In this document: in pieces, positions 30,021-37,714 of the stretch
Numbering within the stretch: position 1 is the first letter of the stretch
Layout of the letters: the number at the start of each line of letters is the position of its first letter
DNA from: an uncultured Chloroflexota bacterium
Lineage (GTDB): Bacteria; Chloroflexota; Anaerolineae; Aggregatilineales; Phototrophicaceae
DNA: 64,000 bases
Assembly (NCBI GenBank): GCA_937988705.1
Contig: CALKIA010000187.1
Span: 2,716 to 66,715, forward strand
Reading direction: 5' to 3'
Program-made: the position numbers and the translations under genes
The notes under the pieces: model-generated
Databases searched by the model: none
What the model was told of the DNA's origin: nothing
Seen by the model: the letters and a program-made list of their open reading frames with translations, nothing else

Positions 30021-31361
30021 ATGACCGACGAAACACACAAACCCGAACACGGCGAAGACGAACCCCAAGTCTACGCTGTGAACAAAAGCTCACAAGGCTG
30101 GCACTTCAACCGGCGCAGCTTTCTGAAAGCTGCGGGAACATCCGCCGCCGGTATGGTCGCGCTGAGTGCATGCAGCACGACACCAGTTCCCACACCAACC
30201 ACTTCGCCCATACCACGCCCGACCAATACTTCACCGCCTACGGTTGACCCAGCCACAACCGAAGGGGTGGCCCATAAGGCAACCATCAATGCGACCGTGC
30301 TTAGCCCGGACGGCAAACTCTTGGCATCGCACTGCTCGGACAGCAGGGATAGGTCGCTCAAGGTCTGGAATACAGCCGACAAGCAGCTTTTGCTAGTGTG
30401 GGAGGATGAGGCGGAATCTCTGCGAGCTTCACCTGGTCCAGTGGTATTCACACCGGATGGCAATGTCCTGATTGCTGGCGCGCACCGTTGGTCATTGTCC
30501 AATTTTACCGTGATCGATGTGATCCCCAACCTAGGCGGCAGTGAATATGCGATCAGCCCCGATGGGACACTCCTCGCGGCGGGTAATGATAATGCTCTGA
30601 TCAACCTGTGGGATCTGAACGCCATGACGGTTCGTAAGATTCTCAGCGGACACCGAGAATACATCGGCGATCTTGTCATCACGCCCGATAGCTCGCGGCT
30701 AATTTCGAGCGATGGGGCGGGACAGATTAGGTTGTGGAGCTTGCCCGATGGGGAACTCCTTGCGGAGATCGAAGCGGACACGATGAGCGTTTCGGCTCTG
30801 GCGATCAGTCCAGATGGCCTGTATTGTGCATCGGGGGCAGGGAGTGGGAACATAAAACTGTGGCGTGTAGCGGATTTGACACTTATTCGCGACATCGCCA
30901 ATGATGGTGGTTGGGTCCACGCGCTCACCTTCAACGCAGACGGAACTCTGTTGGTATCAGGTGATAATGGGGGGATCCGTTTCTGGACACTACCCGATGG
31001 CGGTCTCTCCAATACTGTCGGCTTTAGGAGCGCTGTGCAATCGTTGGTGCTTAGCCCAGATAGCTCTTGGATGATTTCGGGACACGCATCTACAGTGGGT
31101 GGTACCGGCATCATCCGACAGTGGACACTGCCCGATGCCCAGCCCGCCGGTTACTACATCGACATTGCTGCCAACGATCCAGCCTTTGCTGGTGTACAGT
31201 ATTCACCAAATGACAACGGTGCGGGTGTGGTTACGCTGCCGTGCGGTTCACCAATTCCAACTGGATCAACCTGCATATGCAATTGTGTAGCGGGAAGTAG
31301 CTGCACTTGTGTGGGGCATCGTAGCAGCGGTGGCGGCGGACACTACTGGTATCCGAACTAA
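30021..31361 (+). CDS. Tat lipoprotein, 7-bladed WD40 propeller with Cys-rich HYWYPN tail (paralog 3)
   Basis: NRRSFLK; lipobox LSAC (Cys51); Pro/Thr linker; 7 diverged WD repeats; tail CGSPIPTGSTCICNCVAGSSCTCVGHRSSGGGGHYWYPN. Confidence 0.9.
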   Translation: MTDETHKPEHGEDEPQVYAVNKSSQGWHFNRRSFLKAAGTSAAGMVALSACSTTPVPTPTTSPIPRPTNTSPPTVDPATTEGVAHKATINATVLSPDGKLLASHCSDSRDRSLKVWNTADKQLLLVWEDEAESLRASPGPVVFTPDGNVLIAGAHRWSLSNFTVIDVIPNLGGSEYAISPDGTLLAAGNDNALINLWDLNAMTVRKILSGHREYIGDLVITPDSSRLISSDGAGQIRLWSLPDGELLAEIEADTMSVSALAISPDGLYCASGAGSGNIKLWRVADLTLIRDIANDGGWVHALTFNADGTLLVSGDNGGIRFWTLPDGGLSNTVGFRSAVQSLVLSPDSSWMISGHASTVGGTGIIRQWTLPDAQPAGYYIDIAANDPAFAGVQYSPNDNGAGVVTLPCGSPIPTGSTCICNCVAGSSCTCVGHRSSGGGGHYWYPN

Positions 31362-31376
31362 CGGAGGAGGACGCCC

Positions 31377-31814
31377 ATGCGTCAGTACAGTCGCCGCCAG
31401 TTCTTCCCGATGCTCGTGCAGGAATTGATCGTCAACGTCCAGCAGGTGCGGCAGGGGAAGCCCGCTTATACGCTGGAAAACCTCGGCGATTTGCCCGATG
31501 ACAAGCTGGCGGTCATCCGCCCGATGATCAGCCCGCTGTACAGAATCCGCGTGGTCGATGGACAGGTGTGCAGTCAGTTCAAAGACGATGCCGACGCGCC
31601 CGTGCGTCCGCATTTCCCCACCACACCGGAATATCTGGCGGCGTTCAATCGCTTCAACGGTCGGCAGTCGCTCCAAGAGATCGCAGGAGCGGTTGCCGCG
31701 GAATTTGTCTGGGAGACGGACGCTGCGTTCCGTTTCACGCGCGATTTGTTTCTTGCGCTGGCGGCGCAGGGTGTTGTCGTCCCGCAAAATCCGCTGGATA
31801 CCGACCTTGAATAA
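31377..31814 (+). CDS. Stand-alone PqqD/RRE-like protein
   Basis: GGAGGAGG RBS. The C-terminal half FNRFNGRQSLQEIAGAVAAEF...TRDLFLALAAQGVV follows the PqqD pattern (..DG..T..EI...L..EF......DV..FL..L...G). N-terminal SRRQFF. Confidence 0.65.
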   Translation: MRQYSRRQFFPMLVQELIVNVQQVRQGKPAYTLENLGDLPDDKLAVIRPMISPLYRIRVVDGQVCSQFKDDADAPVRPHFPTTPEYLAAFNRFNGRQSLQEIAGAVAAEFVWETDAAFRFTRDLFLALAAQGVVVPQNPLDTDLE

Positions 31815-31960
31815 CAATGCGCTTACATCGATGAAAACACGCGGGTTCACCGTAGTGCTTCACAGCGGCAGCGTGGCGAGTTTGTCATAAGATCAGTTGG
31901 AACAGACGCTCGATATCACCTATTAACGCAGTGATGACGTACTAAGCAGGAGTTGTGAGG

Positions 31961-32890
31961 ATGCCTCAAGTGTTTCTCAGCTACCGACGGAGCGACTCAG
32001 CAGGCCATGCTGGACGGATCTATGATCATCTAGGCAGGCGACTGGGAAAAGATGCGCTATTTATGGACATAGATAGCATCAAGCCCGGCGAAGATTTTGC
32101 GCAGACAATTGAAAAGGCCATTGTCTCCTGCGAGGTTGTCCTTGTGCTAATTGGGCCACATTGGCTATCTGCCTCTGATGGACTTGGCAATCGACGCCTT
32201 GATAATCCCGACGATCCAGTCAGACTAGAGATCATGATGGCACTCCGCCACAAGCTTTGGGTGATTCCGCTTCTGCTGGATAACACAAGCATGCCTTCTC
32301 CAGCGGATTTTCCTTCCGATCTGACCCCCTTTCTGCTGCGTAATGCCCTTGAGATTTCCAATGAGCGTTTCGAGTACGACATCGAACGGCTCGTAACTAC
32401 ACTACTTGAATCTCAATCTCTTGCAGGACTCAGGCGATCGCTTCGTTTGTCCTCCGTATCCGAACAGCGTAGGTTTCGGCGTAATTGGATGATTGTGACG
32501 TTGTTAGCAAGTGTTTGGTGTCTCGTTACATTGATTTTGTATTGGAGTGCTAACACAAATCCGCCTGATAACTTCCTCACTTCGCTTACGTGGGCGGTTG
32601 TCCTACCGATCACTTACGCTGGATTAACCGCATTTTCGCCGATAACACCCCTTGACGCAGGGTTTTGGGCATTTGGGGTGCATGTCGTCTATGCCGGCTT
32701 GATATGGGGGACCGATGCCTATCGTGAGTACATAGGCGTACTTGAAACCACGCAAGAACTGAGTCTACTCAATCTTGCAGTTTACGGCGGGTTCATCCTT
32801 ATCCCGTCCATACTGGTTGGTCTAGTAATTAGCCTTATCAGTTGGGTATGCCATCGCAGAAATCGAAATCCGCCGCTTCATAGCACTTGA
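31961..32890 (+). CDS. TIR-domain protein with C-terminal transmembrane helices
   Basis: VFLSYRRSDS, FMDIDSIKPGEDF, LVLIGPHW, DDPVRLEI (catalytic Glu position) and VIPLLL motifs; about 4 hydrophobic helices after residue ~175. GTG 31955 is an alternative start. Confidence 0.88.
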   Translation: MPQVFLSYRRSDSAGHAGRIYDHLGRRLGKDALFMDIDSIKPGEDFAQTIEKAIVSCEVVLVLIGPHWLSASDGLGNRRLDNPDDPVRLEIMMALRHKLWVIPLLLDNTSMPSPADFPSDLTPFLLRNALEISNERFEYDIERLVTTLLESQSLAGLRRSLRLSSVSEQRRFRRNWMIVTLLASVWCLVTLILYWSANTNPPDNFLTSLTWAVVLPITYAGLTAFSPITPLDAGFWAFGVHVVYAGLIWGTDAYREYIGVLETTQELSLLNLAVYGGFILIPSILVGLVISLISWVCHRRNRNPPLHST

Positions 32891-32971
32891 TCAGGCCCGA
32901 TTTCGAGCGTGTGTAGGCATGAAGAAGCGAGCAGATACTCAAAGATAGAAGTTCATATAGGTATCACTTGA

Positions 32972-34369
32972 ATGTTGATCTTGAACAACAATGCGCCATC
33001 GTCCACGCTCACGTCAATCCTCACGGGTGATCTGCCGGTTTTCGGGCAGACCACCGCCGAGTACACGCTGCTCTATGCGTCGGGGTGCGTGGTCGCCGCC
33101 GCCCCTGACGCGGCGGAGTCGATGATTCAGGCGTTAAGAAAGAGTGTACCGTCGCCGGGTTGGGGCGATACACTGCGTCGTCATGCCGTTCAAGCTGTGC
33201 AGCGCATGGATCAGCAGATACACGCCCCGTTCGCGCCGGAGTGCCTGACGCTCTATCTGCACAACCAGTGCAATCTGGCGTGCGCCTACTGCTACACCGA
33301 TCCCGATCACCTAGCGGGTGAGCGTTTGCAGCCCGAAGCGATTGCATCGGCGGCGACGCTGGTTGCGGAAAACTGCCGCGCCAAAGGACTGCCGCTCACG
33401 GTAGTGTTTCACGGCGGCGGAGAACCGAGTCTGTTTCAGGATCAGGTGGAACAGGCACTCGCCCTCGTTGATGAGGCGGCACGCCGTCACGGACTGCGGC
33501 AGTTCCGCTACATTGCCACCAACGGAATCATGCCGGAAACGAAAGTGCGCTGGTTAGCCGACCGCTTTGACCTGATCGGGCTGTCATGCGATGGCACGCC
33601 CGATATTCAGGATCGCCAGCGTCCGCGTCATGGCGGCGGCGGAACATCCGCCGCGATGGAACGGACGGCGCGCGGTCTACGAGATATCGGCAAGCCATTT
33701 CATATCCGCGTGACGATCACCCGTGCATCAATGCGCCGCCAAGCCGAAATCGCCGCTTATCTATGTCAAGTGCTTGCGCCGGACGAAATCCATTTTGAGC
33801 CAGTCTACTACGGCGGCAAAACGAACGGCGCTTCGGCGCTCGTGGAAGTCGAAGCTCGGGCATTCGTGGAGGAATTTCTTGCCGCACAGACGATCGCGCA
33901 GCAGCACGGCATTTCGCTCACCTGCTCCGGCAGTCGCGTTAACGCCATTCACGGCGCATACTGTCATGTCTTCCGGCAGGTTTTGAACCTCGTCCCGTCG
34001 GGGACGGCGACCGCGTGTTTCAAGCTGACGCGGCGCGAACAGCTTGAGCGGCACAACGCGCAGATCGGGGATTTCAGCAGCGAAGCTGGTTTCATGCTCG
34101 ATCAGCGCCAGATTTCAGACTTGCGCGAACAACTTGGCGCGCTGCCTGATGCTTGCATAGACTGTTTCAATCGCTTCCACTGTACCCGTTCCTGTCCGGA
34201 TGAGTGCCTCCTATCCGGTTCCGTTGATGCGCAGTCGAGTTTTCGCTGTCAGGTGCAGCAGCTTCTCGCCTACCGGCGCGTTCGCGCTGCCGCCGATGAG
34301 GTGTGGTCGCAGCGACGCGGAGAATCGATTGTCGGAGTCCACCTTGACCACGCTGAAGGAGTATCATAA
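32972..34369 (+). CDS. Radical SAM/SPASM peptide/protein maturase 3
   Basis: CNLACAYC; FHGGGEP; ATNG; SCDG. SPASM region CHVF...AC...CIDCFNRFHCTRSCPDEC...C. Confidence 0.92.
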   Translation: MLILNNNAPSSTLTSILTGDLPVFGQTTAEYTLLYASGCVVAAAPDAAESMIQALRKSVPSPGWGDTLRRHAVQAVQRMDQQIHAPFAPECLTLYLHNQCNLACAYCYTDPDHLAGERLQPEAIASAATLVAENCRAKGLPLTVVFHGGGEPSLFQDQVEQALALVDEAARRHGLRQFRYIATNGIMPETKVRWLADRFDLIGLSCDGTPDIQDRQRPRHGGGGTSAAMERTARGLRDIGKPFHIRVTITRASMRRQAEIAAYLCQVLAPDEIHFEPVYYGGKTNGASALVEVEARAFVEEFLAAQTIAQQHGISLTCSGSRVNAIHGAYCHVFRQVLNLVPSGTATACFKLTRREQLERHNAQIGDFSSEAGFMLDQRQISDLREQLGALPDACIDCFNRFHCTRSCPDECLLSGSVDAQSSFRCQVQQLLAYRRVRAAADEVWSQRRGESIVGVHLDHAEGVS

Positions 34370-35703
34370 TGCTGCTCTCCTCCTTTGATGAATACTTCCA
34401 AAACACCTCTCCGCTGCTCGATCTCGCGCCAGTGCGCGACTCGTGGCTGGCGCTTACACCTACCTATCAGGCTGGCGATTGGATTCTGCCACTTCCCCCT
34501 TGGCGGCATCGCCCTTATTCCAATTCCGGCGAACAGGCGTGGACGATTCTGCGCCGCGATCTCGCGCGAGCAGCTACCGACAAGCCGTTTTGTATCTATC
34601 TCCATGCGCCGTTCTGTTCTGCCAAATGCGGCTTTTGCGATAATTACTCTTTCAAGTTGGGCAATCAGCAGCAGGAACACATCACCGCCTACGTGGATCA
34701 ATTGTGCGCCGAACTGCGCTTGTGGAGTCAGCAGGGGAATCTCAGCCAGCGCCCGGTATCGACCGTTCACATGGGCGGCGGCACACCAACGTTTTTAGGG
34801 GCTGCGGCTCTGGAACAAATCGCGGCGTGCTGCCGCGAGTGTTTCGCCATTTCTGACGAAACTGAATGGGCGCTCGAATCGACTGCGCACGATCTGACAC
34901 CGGAGGTGATCGCCACGATGCATCAGATCGGCTATCGCCGGTTGCACATCGGCGTGCAAACGCTTGAGGATGCGGTGCGTGCGGCAATCGGACGGCGCTC
35001 ACGCGCTGGCGATGTGCTGAACAAGATTGAGTCGGTGTTGGCGCTCGGTTGGGTAGTCAGCGTGGATTTGATCTGCGGGCTGCCGGGGCAGACACTCGAT
35101 GGTTTCTTAGCCGGTATCGACCATCTGATCCGCATAGGCGTTCACGGTTTCTCCCTCTATGAACTGCTCGTCTACCCGCAGAATCAACGCTGGGCGGCGC
35201 GACATGGACTAGTTGATCCGGATCGCCATCAGCTAAATTTCTGGATGTTTCTCGCGGGGGCGCATCTCTTAGAACAGCGCGGATTCAAGAAAAATCTCTT
35301 TAACCATTGGGCAAATGAACAAGATAAAAACATCTACTTCACTTTCCCGACACGGAACGAAGATCTGTTGGCGATAGGCACCATTGCTGATGGCATATTT
35401 GGCGATTACCGCTATCGTCATCCGCGCTATGCGGACTATCTGCGTTCTGCTTCCGCCACCTCACCGGGGCTAGAAGGTGGGTTGTTGCACAATGCTTACG
35501 AAAAACGCCTTTCTCCATATGTTACGGATTTACTCTCCGCCCGTGGTAGTACGCGCTTTGCAGCGATGGTTCCCCAGCTGATGGAGATTTGGCACCAACA
35601 TGGATTGATCACATTGCAAGAGTCCGGCGCATTTGACCTTACACCATCAGGCTCATGGTTTACCGGCAACATGATCGACGAAGTTTATCAGCAGATCAGG
35701 TGA
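34369..35703 (+). CDS. HemN-like radical SAM enzyme (possible class C methyltransferase)
   Basis: IYLHAPFCSAKCGFC, HMGGGTPTFL, IGVQTL, VDLICGLPGQT and SLYEL motifs. Translationally coupled (TAATG) to maturase 3. Confidence 0.85.
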   Translation: MLLSSFDEYFQNTSPLLDLAPVRDSWLALTPTYQAGDWILPLPPWRHRPYSNSGEQAWTILRRDLARAATDKPFCIYLHAPFCSAKCGFCDNYSFKLGNQQQEHITAYVDQLCAELRLWSQQGNLSQRPVSTVHMGGGTPTFLGAAALEQIAACCRECFAISDETEWALESTAHDLTPEVIATMHQIGYRRLHIGVQTLEDAVRAAIGRRSRAGDVLNKIESVLALGWVVSVDLICGLPGQTLDGFLAGIDHLIRIGVHGFSLYELLVYPQNQRWAARHGLVDPDRHQLNFWMFLAGAHLLEQRGFKKNLFNHWANEQDKNIYFTFPTRNEDLLAIGTIADGIFGDYRYRHPRYADYLRSASATSPGLEGGLLHNAYEKRLSPYVTDLLSARGSTRFAAMVPQLMEIWHQHGLITLQESGAFDLTPSGSWFTGNMIDEVYQQIR

Positions 35704-35743
35704 CGAAGCCAGCCAACACTTCGTCTGGTCAGTCAATGAACCC

Positions 35744-36078
35744 TGTATGGTGCGAAAACCCTATCCATTCTCATGTATTCTCGACCAAAACCCGATCTCC
35801 TCTGGTAAGATAGCGCCTTTCATCGCTCGAATTGGTCACTGCTCTTCATGTTCTGGCACTCCCTTTATCAACTCCTTGCCTTCCTACTCGATATGGTACG
35901 CATTGTGCGGCAACCGCTCGATCAGAAAGACCTCGAAATCCTATTCCTGCGCCAGCAACTCGCCGTTGTTCGCCGTCGGCAGAAACGTGCACCTGGCGCG
36001 ACATCTTGCACGGTCTCATCCACGATTTTCGCCGCGTCGCTTAGCTTTCCCGTGCGGATATGGTTTTCGCACCCTACA
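35744..36078 (+). mobile_element. 335-bp internally deleted IS481-like element (MITE) with both TIRs
   Basis: TIRs TGTATGGTGCGAAAACCCTATCC and reverse complement TGTAGGGTGCGAAAACCATATCC (21/23). Contains only the transposase N-terminus (QKDLEILFLRQQL) and C-terminus (DILHGLIHDFRRVA). Confidence 0.8.
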
Positions 36079-36173
36079 CGGGATGGCTTATGCGATCCAG
36101 TCGGAGGAAGTACTCGACATGATGCGGCGTTACGATGTGTTGCCAGTGTAGTGCTATATAAGGAAGCGAAAAC

Positions 36174-36233
36174 CCGTTCACGCCCTTCACCCCCTTCACT
36201 TCTTCCCTCAGGATTTGTGAACGGTGTGAACGG
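36174..36233. repeat. Inverted array of 9-bp-period units (CCSTTCAC x3 / GTGAACGG x2)
   Basis: CCGTTCAC-G-CCCTTCAC-C-CCCTTCAC ... GTGAACGG-T-GTGAACGG. Confidence 0.6.
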
Positions 36234-36299
36234 TTCAGGGTCGGAAGAGATTCAGCGCTCTACTAACTCTAGAGATATTTTGCCGTTCCTATCGGAATG

Positions 36300-36363
36300 A
36301 CTTCAGCAATACGATCGCATCTCTGCCTGATTTCTCGCGTGGATAAAGTTTTCATCTACCACA
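36300..36363 (+). mobile_element. Orphan right end of the same IS family
   Basis: LQQYDRISA-stop followed by GGATAAAGTTTTCATCTACCACA. Confidence 0.45.
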
Positions 36364-36485
36364 GGTATTTCGATCCTATATGATCTCGCTGTGAAATGGC
36401 GCAAACCAGTCTGGTGTGATTCTGAGTTGAGAGTTTTCTCGCACGAAAAATGGGATTACGTCAAGCGGTGCATTAACTTCGACCC

Positions 36486-37714
36486 TGTATGGTGGAAAAA
36501 CTCTGTCTGACACCGACTATGCCTCAACTAGAAGGGAAGAACGTGCTATGCTTCTCTCCTGTTATTCGATATCGGAGAAGTGATTCCCTTACCAATGGTC
36601 TATCACTTCCTATTGTACTTGACTACGCTCATCTTCGACCTGTTTGCGTCCATCCGCCTTGCACCTGATGAGAAAGACCTGCAGATTGCGCTCCTCCAGC
36701 AGCAACTCCGCGTGCTGAAGCGCAAAGTCAAGAAGAAACCACGTCTCTCGCGACCTGCGAAGTTGATGCTTATGGCCTTGACGACCCATATGCAGCGCCA
36801 AACGCAGCAGTGGCAGCAGCGTTTGCGCGAAGCCGTGTGACCGGTTCAACCTGAAACGGTGCTGAACTGGCATCGAGAGCTGGTGCGTCGGGAATGGGCT
36901 TTTCGGCGACCAAACCATGGAGGACGGCCAAAGCTGGATGGCGAGATCGAGGCGCTGATCGTGCGGAATGTGCGCGAGAACCGCGCATGGGGTACGACAA
37001 AATCCAAGGCGAGTTGTTGAAATTCGGTTTCGTCGTCGATCCAACGACTGTCAAGAACGTCCTGCGCCGCCATCATCTCCTGCCCGCGCCCCAACGCGGT
37101 CAGGGTTCGTGGCGGACGTTTCTGAACCACTATCGACAGCAGCTGCTCGCGTGCGATTTCTTCACCGTCGAAACGCTGCATCGGCAAACGGTGTATGTCC
37201 TCTTCTTCATCGAGCTGGGAACTCGCCGTGTTCAGGTCGTCGGTTGTACCGAACATCCCACTTCCGCTTGGGTCACGCAACAAGCCCGGCAACTCTGTTG
37301 GTCGGTCGAAGGGCGCCAGCCAACGGTGCGTTATCTCCTTCATGATCACGATACCAAATTTCCTGCCTCCTTCGATCAGGTATTTGCTGCCCAGCAGATC
37401 GACGTCATCCACACTCCCATTCGAGCCCCGAATGCCAATGCGTTTGCCGAACGCTGAGTGCGTTCAGTTCGTCAAGAGTGTCTTGACCATCTGCTGATTT
37501 TGAATCAGCGGCATCTTGTCCATGTCCTCACCGAATACATCGACTATTACAATGTGCCTCGTCCTCATCAAGGACTCGATCAGCAAGCGCCTATTGCCAT
37601 ACCACGATCTCCGCAAGGAGTCATCCGATGCCGCGATGTTCTCGGAGGTGTTTTGCACGATTATTACGGCGAGGCTGCTTGAATTCCCCTCGGGTAAGGT
37701 TTTTCCACCTTTCA
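36486..37714 (+). mobile_element. IS481-like rve-integrase element, copy A (inactive)
   Basis: Left TIR TGTATGGTGGAAAAAC; right TIR GTTTTTCCACCTTTCA; transposase pseudogene inside. Confidence 0.8.
36595..37682 (+). pseudogene. Integrase-core (rve) transposase pseudogene A
   Basis: LACDFFTVE, HDHDTKF, NAFAER and RPHQG motifs. Stop at 36838-36840, a 1-bp deletion near 36980, and TGA at 37455-37457. Confidence 0.85.

Noticed and set aside
34369-35703. Calling this hemN (coproporphyrinogen III oxidase)
   Set aside because: There is no heme-biosynthesis context, the N-terminus is atypical, and it is coupled to a SPASM maturase. Only family-level membership is supported.
37455-37457. In-frame TGA at a Trp position in two transposase copies (also 44905-44907), suggesting recoding or an alternative genetic code
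   Set aside because: Both TGAs lie inside the duplicated block, so they are one mutation. Copy C has TGG there, and many intact genes in the window end in TGA.
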